Assembly: GCA_964549305.1 (NCBI GenBank)
Contig: CAZJVM010000024.1
Location: forward strand, 1-36,876
Source: an uncultured bacterium
Lineage (GTDB): Bacteria; Schekmanbacteria; GWA2-38-11; J061
Reading direction: 5' to 3'
DNA length: 36,876 bases
The translations under genes were made by a program, and so were the position numbers. Under the pieces are notes generated by a model that was not told where the DNA came from, made no database searches, and saw only the letters and a program-made list of their open reading frames with translations. How positions within the stretch are numbered: position 1 is the stretch's first letter; each line of letters begins with the position of its first letter. Shown in pieces: positions 19,951 to 29,692 of this stretch.

Positions 19951-20208
19951 ATGCCGGAAGAAAAAGATTCAACGACCTATACGTGTAAAACCTGCGGGAA
20001 AATAAGCGCGGAAGTAAGCCATCTGTGCAATCCCGAGGATTTGGAAAAGAAGGAAAACTACACCTGCGAATATTGCGGTAGGGCATCGACGGACAAAAGA
20101 CACATCTGTAAACCGAAGGTCACTGAGCTTAAATATGTGTGCGGAAACTGCGGCAGGGTTTCAGATAAGGAGGCTCTTCTCTGCAAACCTTCAGAAATAG
20201 AAGAATAA
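19951..20208 (+). CDS. Small Cys-rich protein with three CxxCG-x7-(H/L)xCxP repeats
   Basis: YTCKTCGKISAEVSHLCNP / YTCEYCGRASTDKRHICKP / YVCGNCGRVSDKEALLCKP; AGGGGG RBS. Confidence 0.8.
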   Translation: MPEEKDSTTYTCKTCGKISAEVSHLCNPEDLEKKENYTCEYCGRASTDKRHICKPKVTELKYVCGNCGRVSDKEALLCKPSEIEE

Positions 20209-20249
20209 ACGCAAACTGACTGCCCTTAATTTTTATAGTAACGAATGCT

Positions 20250-21020
20250 ATGGACCTGCGCGAATTCAGTGAGAAATTAAATTTTTATATCAGGCCGCAA
20301 TCATTTCCCCTTGCGGTAAAGATGCTCGAAAAGAACAGTGCTTTGCCCCCTAAGGTAAAGCGTCCCCGAAAAGACCTTGAAAAACGCATTGCCGTTTGTC
20401 AGGGGATTTCCATGGCAAGGCGATACGGATGGTCTCTTGCAATGGGAAACGAGGATATCAATTGTCCCATAACGCGAGTAGTTTTCGGTTTTGAAAGGGC
20501 GGGGGACAGTTATTACAGCGGGAAAGCCTGTGCCGGAATGTATACGGCAAGCGAGAAGGAAGGGGAAAAGAGTGAAAAGGACTCTCCAAAATTTGAATAC
20601 GGAAAGTATGACAGAATACTGGTATCTCCCCTTTCTTCCGGGAAATACACGCCTGATGTTGTCTGCGTTTACGGGAATTCCGCTCAGGTTATGCGCCTTC
20701 TCGTTGCATCCCTTTATGAGGAAGGAGGGTATCTCTCTTCGAGATTCAGCGGCAGGATTGACTGTGCTGACATTGTCATCGAAACAATGAATACGGGAAG
20801 ATGTCAGGTTATACTTCCCTGTTACGGAGACAGGGTTTTTGCGCAGACTCAGGATAATGAAATGGCGTTTGCCATTCCTTATTCAATGGCAGAGAAGATA
20901 GCAAGAGGTCTTGAAGCGACGCACAAAGCAGGAATCCGTTATCCGATTCCGGACTATCTCAGATATGAGGCAGAGTTTCCCGGGCGTTACAGTATCGTGA
21001 AGGATGACTGGGAAAAGTAA
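20250..21020 (+). CDS. DUF169 family protein
   Basis: PLAVK, CQGISMAR, DINCP, PDVV, GNSAQVMRL, DCAD, PCYGDR, EMAFAIP. Confidence 0.82.
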   Translation: MDLREFSEKLNFYIRPQSFPLAVKMLEKNSALPPKVKRPRKDLEKRIAVCQGISMARRYGWSLAMGNEDINCPITRVVFGFERAGDSYYSGKACAGMYTASEKEGEKSEKDSPKFEYGKYDRILVSPLSSGKYTPDVVCVYGNSAQVMRLLVASLYEEGGYLSSRFSGRIDCADIVIETMNTGRCQVILPCYGDRVFAQTQDNEMAFAIPYSMAEKIARGLEATHKAGIRYPIPDYLRYEAEFPGRYSIVKDDWEK

Positions 21021-21143
21021 CTTTACGCAAACCTTCCACCGATAATTCCAAATCCTTAATATTTAAGGTTGAAGAAAGAAACAAAATATGTATTTTTCTA
21101 CATAGGAGTTCATAATTTTTTTTAAAAGAGGGGAGGATGAATT

Positions 21144-21668
21144 GTGAGCGCAAATGTAAGAGAAATGGCGCCTGAATTCACTCTTGAGGGAGTGCATAAG
21201 GGAAAATTCAAATCCTACAGCTTGAAGAAGTACAAGGGGAAATGGGTAGTTCTTTTTTTCTATCCTTTGGATTTTACCTTTATTTGTCCTACGGAAATTA
21301 CAGAGTTCAGTAAACACTACGAAAAATTCAAAGCTCTTAAAGCGGAAGTCTTTGGCGCGAGTACAGACAGTAAGTTTTCTCATCTTGCCTGGATTGAGAG
21401 GGATTTGAAAGGATTGAAGTATCCCCTTTTAAGCGACAATAACCACGAAGTAAGCCGTCGTTACGGTGTGCTTCTCGAAGATGAGGGGATTGCAGTCAGA
21501 GGACTTTTTATAATCGATCCCGAGGGCAAACTGAGATATAAAGTTGTCCACGATTTAAGCGTGGGTCGAAATGTGAGCGAGATATTGAGAGTTTTGGAAG
21601 CGCTTCAGACAGGCGAGCTTTGTCCCGTTAACTGGAATCGCGGGAAAAAAACTCTCGGGAAAGTATAA
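21144..21668 (+). CDS. ahpC: Typical 2-Cys peroxiredoxin (AhpC/TSA)
   Basis: FFYPLDFTFICPTE, STDSKFSH, RGLFIIDP, VGRN, ELCPVNW. Confidence 0.93.
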   Translation: MSANVREMAPEFTLEGVHKGKFKSYSLKKYKGKWVVLFFYPLDFTFICPTEITEFSKHYEKFKALKAEVFGASTDSKFSHLAWIERDLKGLKYPLLSDNNHEVSRRYGVLLEDEGIAVRGLFIIDPEGKLRYKVVHDLSVGRNVSEILRVLEALQTGELCPVNWNRGKKTLGKV

Positions 21669-21746
21669 GAAAAAATATAACTGTTGACATTTGAGCCTAT
21701 TTATTAGTTTACGTAAGCGATATAAAATTTCCTTTGGGGGGAGGAG

Positions 21747-22013
21747 ATGATGAACAAAAATATTTATAATGATGACCGCTTCTCCATTAACGATAAACTT
21801 CCCGGCGAAACCGTTCTTCACGACAAATTAAAAGACAAAACACATTTTTTAAATAAAACTGCCTTTGAAATTCTCACACTTGCCTATAAAGGATTAAACG
21901 CGGAGAAAATTGAAGAAATTATTCGAAGTCGATTTATTGTTGATGGTGAAAATGGAATTTCAAAGGAGATTGAAGAAACCATTGCGGTATTCAGAAAGAA
22001 TGAATTGATTTAG
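21747..22013 (+). CDS. Stand-alone PqqD-like protein (RiPP recognition element fold)
   Basis: 88 aa with VLHD...THFLNKTAFEIL...IEEIIRSRF...IEETIAVFRKNELI pattern typical of PqqD; GGAGGAG RBS. Confidence 0.7.
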   Translation: MMNKNIYNDDRFSINDKLPGETVLHDKLKDKTHFLNKTAFEILTLAYKGLNAEKIEEIIRSRFIVDGENGISKEIEETIAVFRKNELI

Positions 22014-22276
22014 CCGGAATTTATAAGAAGTCACATATGTCTAAAATAGATTTTTGAAAACTATTCATTGGATAGCATATGTAGTAAATTTATTACAGAT
22101 AATTTGAGTTTTAATAAAAATATCTGTTAATTTTTTATTCAGCCGGCAGTTCTTGTTTTATTTCTCTGTTAGTTTACAAAATAATCCTGGTTTTTTTGTC
22201 TTTACACAAGTCCAATTTTTTCTTGCAATATGGTTTTAGTTCATTTATGAGAGCATAACTTGAGAGTGTAAAAAAA

Positions 22277-22759
22277 ATGGGCATTGAAGAATATATTCCG
22301 GGTAATTGGCTGACGACAAAAGTTGACGCTCTTGTAAACTGGGCGAGAAAAGGGTCTCTTTGGCCTCTTCCTTTCGGGACTGCCTGCTGTGCCATAGAAT
22401 TTATGTCAGTTGTTTCGGCACATTATGACTTGTCGCGTTTCGGCGCGGAAGTCGTCCGTTTTTCTCCCAGACAGGCAGACCTTCTTATTGTCGCGGGAAC
22501 GATTACCGATAAAATGGCGCCTGTTCTCAAAAAGATATATGATCAGATGCCTGAACCGAAATGGGTGCTTTCAATGGGCGCCTGTGCTTCTTCCGGAGGT
22601 TTTTACAGGGCATATCACGTTGTGCAAAGTATCAAGGAAATTGTACCCGTTGATGTTTTTGTGGCGGGATGTCCTCCCACGCCGGAAAATCTGATTCATG
22701 GAATTATGATGATACAAAAGATTGTTGAAAAGGATTCTGTGAAAAATGCTCGAGGATAA
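22277..22759 (+). CDS. nuoB: NADH-quinone oxidoreductase subunit B
   Basis: TACCAIEF tandem Cys, [27 protein letters not shown]. Confidence 0.96.
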   Translation: MGIEEYIPGNWLTTKVDALVNWARKGSLWPLPFGTACCAIEFMSVVSAHYDLSRFGAEVVRFSPRQADLLIVAGTITDKMAPVLKKIYDQMPEPKWVLSMGACASSGGFYRAYHVVQSIKEIVPVDVFVAGCPPTPENLIHGIMMIQKIVEKDSVKNARG

Positions 22760-24425
22760 TAATACAGTAGAAAGAATCAAAGAGAAACATCCCGGTGCCA
22801 TTCGCTCTGTTGACGATACTTACGGCAATCTCACACTTGTTTTAAACAGGGAACAATTGCTTCCCGTCTGCGATACTCTTAAAAACGACTCCTCTCTTGA
22901 TTATAAAATGCTCCTTGATGTGTGCGGGGTTGATTATCTCGGAAAAAGAGAAGAGCGCTTCGAAACCGTTTATCATATCTATTCATTGGCTCATAAAAAA
23001 AGAGTTCGCCTCAAGGTGCCTCTCAGCGAAAGCGACGCCGAAGTTGATTCCGTCACAAGCATATGGAAAGGCGCAAACTGGTTTGAGAGGGAAGCATATG
23101 ATATGTTTGGCATACGTTTTAAGGGGCATCCCAATCTATCGAGGATTCTCTGCCACGACTGGTTTGTGGGACATCCTCTTCGCAAGGATTTTGATGCGGG
23201 ACAAAGAACTAAAAATATGCAGGTCAAGGAGTACCTTAAGGAGGAATTCAGAGATGTGGGCGCGGACAGATACGTTGTAAACATAGGCCCTTCACATCCC
23301 GCAATGCACGGTACCTTCAGAATACAGGCACTTCTTAACGGAGAGATAATCGAAGATGCCGAGGCGGAAATAGGATATCTTCACCGCTGTTTCGAGAAGA
23401 TGTGCGAAACTCACAATTACAGCACTGCTATTCCATATACTGACAGGTTGAATTATTGCTCCGCCTTTATGAATAACGTGGGCTACGCAATGGCAGTGGA
23501 AAAGTTAATGGGAATAGAAGTTACCCCCCGCACCATAGCCATAAGAATAATTCTTTCGGAATTTTCACGGATAATGGATCACTTCGTGTGCCTCGGGGCA
23601 AATCTCGTTGACCTTGGCGCGCTTACCAATTTCTGGTATTTCTTCAAACCGAGAGAGGATGTCTATGAATTGCTCGAATCCTGCTGCGGGTCACGCCTTA
23701 CCACAAGCTATGTGAGAATCGGCGGACTATCCAACGATGTGCCGGACGATTTTATCGCAAGGTCGGGAAAAGTTATTGATTCCATCAGGGAATACATAGA
23801 CTATGTTGAAAAGCTCAATAACAAGAATGTAATATTCCATAACAGAACAAGGGATGTGGGTGTTATAAGCAAGGAGGACGCTGTCGAATACGGATGGACG
23901 GGACCTTGCCTTCGTGCCACGGGCATAGATTACGATGTAAGAAAAGACCACCCTTATTACGGTTATGAGAATTTTGATTTTGATATTCCCGTGGGAAGAA
24001 ACGGAGACACATACGACAGATACATTGTAAGATTGGAAGAATGTAAACAGAGCATAAAGATTATCGAACAACAGCTTGAGAAAATGCCGCCGGGGCCTGT
24101 TAACTGTGGTGACAAGAGAGTCGAGCTTCCTCCTAAAAAAGACGTCTATACAAACATCGAGGCGCTGATGAATCATTTCAAGCTCGTTATGCACGGAATG
24201 GAACCGCCTGAAGGCGAGATTTACTCCTTCACTGAAGCGGCAAACGGAGAACTCGGTTTTTACATTGTAAGCGACGGTACGCCGAACCCCTACAGACTTA
24301 AACTCAGGCCTCCCTGTTATGCAATTTATCAGGCATTCCCGGAAATGCTCAAAGGGAGTATGCTGTCGGACCTGATAGCTGTTCTCGGCGGGCTGAATAT
24401 TATTGCAGGGGAACTGGACAGGTAG
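22746..24425 (+). CDS. nuoCD: NADH-quinone oxidoreductase fused subunit C/D
   Basis: [10 protein letters not shown]...GHPLRKDF (C), [30 protein letters not shown] (D); no NiFe CxxC ligands. Confidence 0.95.
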   Translation: MLEDNNTVERIKEKHPGAIRSVDDTYGNLTLVLNREQLLPVCDTLKNDSSLDYKMLLDVCGVDYLGKREERFETVYHIYSLAHKKRVRLKVPLSESDAEVDSVTSIWKGANWFEREAYDMFGIRFKGHPNLSRILCHDWFVGHPLRKDFDAGQRTKNMQVKEYLKEEFRDVGADRYVVNIGPSHPAMHGTFRIQALLNGEIIEDAEAEIGYLHRCFEKMCETHNYSTAIPYTDRLNYCSAFMNNVGYAMAVEKLMGIEVTPRTIAIRIILSEFSRIMDHFVCLGANLVDLGALTNFWYFFKPREDVYELLESCCGSRLTTSYVRIGGLSNDVPDDFIARSGKVIDSIREYIDYVEKLNNKNVIFHNRTRDVGVISKEDAVEYGWTGPCLRATGIDYDVRKDHPYYGYENFDFDIPVGRNGDTYDRYIVRLEECKQSIKIIEQQLEKMPPGPVNCGDKRVELPPKKDVYTNIEALMNHFKLVMHGMEPPEGEIYSFTEAANGELGFYIVSDGTPNPYRLKLRPPCYAIYQAFPEMLKGSMLSDLIAVLGGLNIIAGELDR

Positions 24426-24427
24426 CA

Positions 24428-25699
24428 ATGGAAAAGATACTTCTTAAAAATACGGATTTTGAAGATCAGCCGAATATAGACGCGTATATTTCCCGCGGCG
24501 GATATAAGGCCCTTGAAAATGCCCTGGCAACAGAGCCTTCGACAATAATCGAAGAAGTTAAAAAATCGGGACTGAGAGGCCGTGGAGGCGCGGGTTTCCC
24601 AACTGGATTGAAGTGGTCTTTCATTCCAAAAGATACCAAACTTCCCGTCTATCTTGTGTGCAACGCCGATGAAGGCGAACCGGGTACATTCAAGGATAGG
24701 CATCTCATCGAGAAAGACCCCCATCTTTTGATTGAAGGCATTGCCGTGTCAAGCTATGCCCTGAAAGTGAAAACGGCATATATCTATATAAGGGGAGAGT
24801 TTTACAAAGGCGCTATGATGCTTGAAAAAGCCATAGGCGAAGCGAAGGAAAAGGGGTATCTGGGAACGAATGTTATGGGCAAAGAAGGTGTGAGTATCGA
24901 TGTGGTTGTCCATAGGGGCGCGGGAGCATATGTTTGCGGCGAAGAGACATCACTGCTCGAATCCCTTGAGGGCAAACGAGGTTATCCCCGCCTTAAACCT
25001 CCCTTTCCGGCGACAGTGGGCGCTTTTGACTGTCCCACGGTAATCAACAATGTGGAAACGCTTGCGTCTGTACCCTGGATTGTGCTTAACGGAGGCGATG
25101 CCTACGCTGCCATAGGAACGGAGAAGAGCAAGGGGACGAAACTCTTCAGTGTTTGCGGTAAGGTTAGCAAGCCCGGTATTTACGAGATAAATCTCGGTCT
25201 TCCCCTGAAGGAATTTCTCGAGAATGAGTGCGGCGGAATAAGAGACGGCAAGAAACTTAAGGCGGTCATACCGGGAGGGTCTTCGACTCCGGTTCTTCGC
25301 GCGGAAGAAATTGACAAGGTCAATCTCGATTATGAATCCGTCGCCGAGGCAGGGTCTATGCTCGGTTCGGGCGGAATGATAGTATTTGACGAAGAAGACT
25401 GCATGGTCGAGGCAATTACGGTGCTTGCAAAATTCTACGCGCACGAGTCCTGCGGACAATGTACTCCCTGCAGGGAAGGCACAGGTTGGATGTACAGAAT
25501 ATTGAAGAGAATACTTGACGGAGAAGGTAAACTTTCAGACATAGACCTTCTTGCTGATATATGCGACAACATAAGCGGTAAAACGGTGTGTCCTCTCGGA
25601 GACGCCGCGGTGATGCCCGTACAAAGCTTTATAAAACAATTCAGAAATGAACTTGAGTATCATATAAAAAACGGCAAGTGCGATGTCGTGAAACAGTAG
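24428..25699 (+). CDS. nuoF: NADH-quinone oxidoreductase subunit F
   Basis: [53 protein letters not shown]. Confidence 0.96.
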   Translation: MEKILLKNTDFEDQPNIDAYISRGGYKALENALATEPSTIIEEVKKSGLRGRGGAGFPTGLKWSFIPKDTKLPVYLVCNADEGEPGTFKDRHLIEKDPHLLIEGIAVSSYALKVKTAYIYIRGEFYKGAMMLEKAIGEAKEKGYLGTNVMGKEGVSIDVVVHRGAGAYVCGEETSLLESLEGKRGYPRLKPPFPATVGAFDCPTVINNVETLASVPWIVLNGGDAYAAIGTEKSKGTKLFSVCGKVSKPGIYEINLGLPLKEFLENECGGIRDGKKLKAVIPGGSSTPVLRAEEIDKVNLDYESVAEAGSMLGSGGMIVFDEEDCMVEAITVLAKFYAHESCGQCTPCREGTGWMYRILKRILDGEGKLSDIDLLADICDNISGKTVCPLGDAAVMPVQSFIKQFRNELEYHIKNGKCDVVKQ

Positions 25700-25711
25700 T
25701 GTGTGTGAATT

Positions 25712-27259
25712 ATGCCAAAGATAACAATTGACGGTAAAGAGTTCGAGTTTGAAAAAGGGGAAAGCATTCTGCAGGTAGCGGAGCGAAACGGCATAGAAAT
25801 ACCGCGTTTTTGCTACCATAAGGACTTGCCCTGGGCGGGAAACTGCAGAATGTGCCAGGTTGAAGTGGAAAAAATGCCTAAACTGATGATTTCCTGCGCG
25901 ACTGTTGCGCAGGATGAAATGGTTGTCCATACTAAAAGCCCGAAAGTTGTCAAAGCGGTCAGGGGTGTACTCGAGTTTCTTCTCCTGAATCATCCTATCG
26001 ACTGTCCCATATGCGACCAGGCAGGAGAATGTTCTCTCCAGGATTACTATATGAAATACGGACTGCACGATTCAAGAATTGCTCTCTCCGATAAGGTGAG
26101 AAAAAGAAAAGCTCTTAAGCTCGGCGATATGATAGTGCTCGATACGGAAAGATGCGTTCTTTGTTCACGCTGTATAAGGTTTTGCCAGCACGTTACCGGT
26201 ACGGGAGAATTCGGCTTTTCAAACAGAGGGAATCATTCGGAAATAGGCACATTTTACGACAATGTCGTTGACAACCCCTATTCGGGAAATCTCGTCGATA
26301 TATGTCCCGTAGGAGCCATAACCAGCAGGGATTTCAGATTCAAGTGCAGGGTTTGGTTTCTTGACAGTAAGGAAACGGTATGTCCATCCTGCAGTACGGG
26401 TTGTAATATATTCCTCGAGTCAAAGGACGGAATTGCCTACAGAATACGTCCCCGATACAACGAGGAAGTGAATAAAAGCTGGATTTGCAATAAGGGCCGG
26501 CTTTCCTACAAACTTCTCAATAACGAGGGAAGACTTTCACAGCACCTTGAAAAGGGAAAGGGCGCATATAATCCTCTTGCCTATGAAAAAGCAGTAGAAA
26601 AAGCTTCGGAAAGCCTGAAAAAAATTTCTCCTGAGAAAATTCTTGCTATAGCATCACCGGGAGGGACAAATGAAGATTTGTATCTATTCAGGAAAATGTT
26701 TTCCAAAACACTTCAAACTCCGCACCTTTATCTTGGAGAAACAAAAGGAAAAGAGGATGCCGAAAAGAAAGAAGATAATGTTTTAAAGAGATGCGATGAG
26801 CATCCCAATACGATGGGCGCGCTTTTGATGGGAATCGATACGCCGAAGGAAGGAATGCTGACGCCTGAAACTGCCGCATCGCTCATAAAGGACAAGGGCA
26901 TTAAAGCCCTTTATCTTATGTCGCCGCATCTTCTTATTGAAGGGGCAAAGTCCGATTCCTTTAAAAATGCCCTTGAAAGCATTGAACTTTTAATCGTTCA
27001 TTCAATGTTTGTACTGCCCGATGAACTGCCCGTTAATTTTGTTTTTGCCTCTGCCTCCTATGCTGAAGTGAACGGTACCTTCACAAACTACTCAGGCAGG
27101 GTACAGGATGTGAAGCAGGCGCTTTACAGAAAGGGAGACGCAAAAAGCCACAGCGCTATATTGCAGGATATGATGTTTGAAATTTCCGGTGAAAAGAGAT
27201 ATGAATCGGAAAAAGAGGTGTTACGGGCAATTCGCTCTGAGTGCGAAGCATTTAAATGA
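25712..27259 (+). CDS. nuoG: NADH-quinone oxidoreductase subunit G (short form, 515 aa)
   Basis: FCYH...CRMC...C (N1b), HPIDCPICDQAGEC (N5), CVLCSRC...CPVG (N4), CPSCSTGC...C (N7); shortened molybdopterin-like C-domain. Confidence 0.9.
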   Translation: MPKITIDGKEFEFEKGESILQVAERNGIEIPRFCYHKDLPWAGNCRMCQVEVEKMPKLMISCATVAQDEMVVHTKSPKVVKAVRGVLEFLLLNHPIDCPICDQAGECSLQDYYMKYGLHDSRIALSDKVRKRKALKLGDMIVLDTERCVLCSRCIRFCQHVTGTGEFGFSNRGNHSEIGTFYDNVVDNPYSGNLVDICPVGAITSRDFRFKCRVWFLDSKETVCPSCSTGCNIFLESKDGIAYRIRPRYNEEVNKSWICNKGRLSYKLLNNEGRLSQHLEKGKGAYNPLAYEKAVEKASESLKKISPEKILAIASPGGTNEDLYLFRKMFSKTLQTPHLYLGETKGKEDAEKKEDNVLKRCDEHPNTMGALLMGIDTPKEGMLTPETAASLIKDKGIKALYLMSPHLLIEGAKSDSFKNALESIELLIVHSMFVLPDELPVNFVFASASYAEVNGTFTNYSGRVQDVKQALYRKGDAKSHSAILQDMMFEISGEKRYESEKEVLRAIRSECEAFK

Positions 27260-27284
27260 TATTCAACAGAGAAGATTTTAAAAA

Positions 27285-27785
27285 GTGAATAAAACGAAAA
27301 TAGTCGAAGTCGATAAAAAGAGTGTTGTTGCAAGCATTAAAGGCCTTGCGGTGACCATAGGAAACTTTACTACCAATGTCTTCAGGAAGGACAGGCCAAC
27401 AATTGAGTATCCCGAAGAAAAGCGCGAATATTCCGAGCGTGTCAGAGGGGTTCATATTCTTAACAGAAGAGAAAACGGGGCTACAAAGTGTGTTGCCTGT
27501 TATATGTGCGCAACCATATGCCCCGCGCAATGCATAACCATTGTTGCCGAAGAAGACTCCGACAATACAATAGAAAAGAGACCGAAGAGTTTTGAAATAG
27601 ATATGCTGCGATGCGTTTTCTGCGGTTACTGCGTAGATGCCTGTCCCGAGGATGCAATCATAATGAGCAGTGAAATCGAATGCTCATTTTATTCATATGA
27701 TGAACGCACCTACAATATCGATATTCTCAAGGACAGACCCTCGTTGAAGGAATCCAAGCTCGGTTACAGGCCCGTCAAAGATTGA
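27285..27785 (+). CDS. nuoI: NADH-quinone oxidoreductase subunit I
   Basis: TIEYPEEK, RGVH, CVACYMCATICP, CVFCGYCVDACP. Confidence 0.94.
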   Translation: MNKTKIVEVDKKSVVASIKGLAVTIGNFTTNVFRKDRPTIEYPEEKREYSERVRGVHILNRRENGATKCVACYMCATICPAQCITIVAEEDSDNTIEKRPKSFEIDMLRCVFCGYCVDACPEDAIIMSSEIECSFYSYDERTYNIDILKDRPSLKESKLGYRPVKD

Positions 27786-27832
27786 CAAAAGCTTTTCTAA
27801 AGCATTTTTCATATAATAATCAATGCCGCTAA

Positions 27833-28951
27833 ATGACTGATAAAAATGCGCTCTTAGAGTTTCTTTTCAGGGATACAAATCAGGTTTCTTTTCAGGAATA
27901 CGTAAATGCCCTTTTACATCATCCGGAATTCGGCTACTACGGAAAATACGGCGGGAAAGAGGGGATTGAAAAAGATTTTTATACTGCGCCCACTTTGACA
28001 TCCGCTTTCGGCAAATGCCTTTCGAATTTTATAAAATCCTCTATTCGTTTTTTTGAACGCGATGAAAAAATAACTCTCCTGGATGCAGGCGCGGGGAACG
28101 GCGCATTGCTTGCCGACACTGCTTTTCAAATCGGGGAAAATGGAAATCCGCAAAAGAGCATATCCTTTAGCGCGGTGGAACAAAATTGTCTGTCAGCTGA
28201 AAAAATAAGAAAAAAATTTTTTGCAATGTCCCAAAGCGTTACAATAGACGAGACTCTTACGGATTTGGCGCCTTTTAAGGGTGTGGCGATTTTTAACGAA
28301 TTTTTCGATGCTCTTCCCTTTGCAAGAATAAAAATTGAGAACTCAATTCCGGAGGAAGTTTGCGTACAATATTCGCAAGGCAATCTTCGCGAGATTTACC
28401 GTGCCCCTTTGCCCCATAAGCTGAAAGAAATATATTTACGATGGTTTTCCCATATAAGAGGTGATGCAGTGATAGAGGTGTGTCCGCAGTTTGAAGATAT
28501 TTTAAAGGTTTTGTGGAACAAAATGGATAAGGGCATTGTGCTGATAATCGATTACGGTGACAAATCTGAGGTATTATACGGCAAACATGTGCCACAGGGT
28601 ACGATGAGGTGTTTCCGCGGACACAGGATAAACGCCAATCCTTATGATTTTCCCGGCGAGCAGGATATTACCTTTTCGGTTAATTTTTCGGAGATTGCTT
28701 TTCAGGCAAAAAGACAAGGGTTTTCTGTTTTTGATTTTACGACAATGCAAAATTTTTTGATTCGCTGGGGAATCCTCGATATTGTCTCTGCCCTTGCGGG
28801 AGAAGGCGGAAATGATATAAAAAAATATAACGAGATCCAGAAGATAAAAAATCTGCTTCTCCCAACAGGAATGGGGACTGTTTTCAAGGTAATGCTCCTT
28901 GGCAAAGGAATGTTCGGCAATTCCTGCTTTTTAAACGATGAACCTTTTTAA
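27833..28951 (+). CDS. SAM-dependent methyltransferase, MidA/NDUFAF7 family
   Basis: LHHPEFGYY, DFYTAP, DAGAGNG, NEFFDALP, IIDYG, GEQDITFSVNF, MGTVFKV. Confidence 0.9.
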   Translation: MTDKNALLEFLFRDTNQVSFQEYVNALLHHPEFGYYGKYGGKEGIEKDFYTAPTLTSAFGKCLSNFIKSSIRFFERDEKITLLDAGAGNGALLADTAFQIGENGNPQKSISFSAVEQNCLSAEKIRKKFFAMSQSVTIDETLTDLAPFKGVAIFNEFFDALPFARIKIENSIPEEVCVQYSQGNLREIYRAPLPHKLKEIYLRWFSHIRGDAVIEVCPQFEDILKVLWNKMDKGIVLIIDYGDKSEVLYGKHVPQGTMRCFRGHRINANPYDFPGEQDITFSVNFSEIAFQAKRQGFSVFDFTTMQNFLIRWGILDIVSALAGEGGNDIKKYNEIQKIKNLLLPTGMGTVFKVMLLGKGMFGNSCFLNDEPF

Positions 28952-28977
28952 AGAAAGGAATAGAAAGAGTAATCGAA

Positions 28978-29661
28978 ATGGAACAGTGTACCTATTATCT
29001 TCTTTCAAGAGTAGATTACGAAAAGGGGCTTGAAATACAGAAGAAAGTATTCGATGACGTATTATCGGGAAAAGCTGATAATGTCCTTCTTCTACTTGAA
29101 CATAATCCTGTTATAACTCTCGGGCGCGCCGGGAAAATTACCAATCTCCTGGCAGATGAAAAATATCTTGAGAGATTGGGAATTAAGGTGCATCGCGTTG
29201 AAAGAGGCGGAGATATTACTTACCACGGTCCGGGACAACTTGTAGGATATCCTGTGCTGAATCTTGATAAAAAAAGGGATATTCATCTTTTAGTGCGCAA
29301 TGTGGAGGAGGTATTAATCAGGACTGTTGGCAGTTACGGTATTAAAGCAAAACGAATCAACGGGCTTACGGGCGTTTGGGCAGACAATGAAAAAATTGCC
29401 GCAATCGGGATGGCAGTAAAAAAGTGGATAAGCTATCACGGCTTTGCCCTTAATGTGAAAACGGATATGTCTCATTTCAATTTTATAAAACCTTGCGGAA
29501 TCGATGACAAGGGCGTTACATCGATGGCGTCTCTTCTAAAGGATAACACTCCTTTGATAAAAGATATAGAATCGGAGATTGTCAGGCAGTTTGCAGATGT
29601 GTTCGGTTTTGAAATGCAAAAAGGGGGCAACAATTCTTTAATAGATGTGTTAAAATTGTGA
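28978..29661 (+). CDS. lipB: Octanoyltransferase
   Basis: LEHNPVITLGR, RGGDITYHGPGQLVGYP, KIAAIG, HGFALN, PCGI. Confidence 0.96.
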   Translation: MEQCTYYLLSRVDYEKGLEIQKKVFDDVLSGKADNVLLLLEHNPVITLGRAGKITNLLADEKYLERLGIKVHRVERGGDITYHGPGQLVGYPVLNLDKKRDIHLLVRNVEEVLIRTVGSYGIKAKRINGLTGVWADNEKIAAIGMAVKKWISYHGFALNVKTDMSHFNFIKPCGIDDKGVTSMASLLKDNTPLIKDIESEIVRQFADVFGFEMQKGGNNSLIDVLKL

Positions 29662-29692
29662 TAGGTTTTTAAAGGGGGAGGAGAAGAAAGAG

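Noticed and set aside
22277-24425. Group 4 NiFe hydrogenase instead of complex I
   Set aside because: NuoB has the tandem CC motif and the large subunit lacks both CxxC nickel-binding motifs, ending in GELDR.
23727-24428. 233-aa antisense ORF inside nuoCD, and similar ORFs at 13391-13909, 24950-25459, 25535-26068 and 35167-35847
   Set aside because: They lie almost entirely opposite well-conserved genes and show no recognisable motifs.
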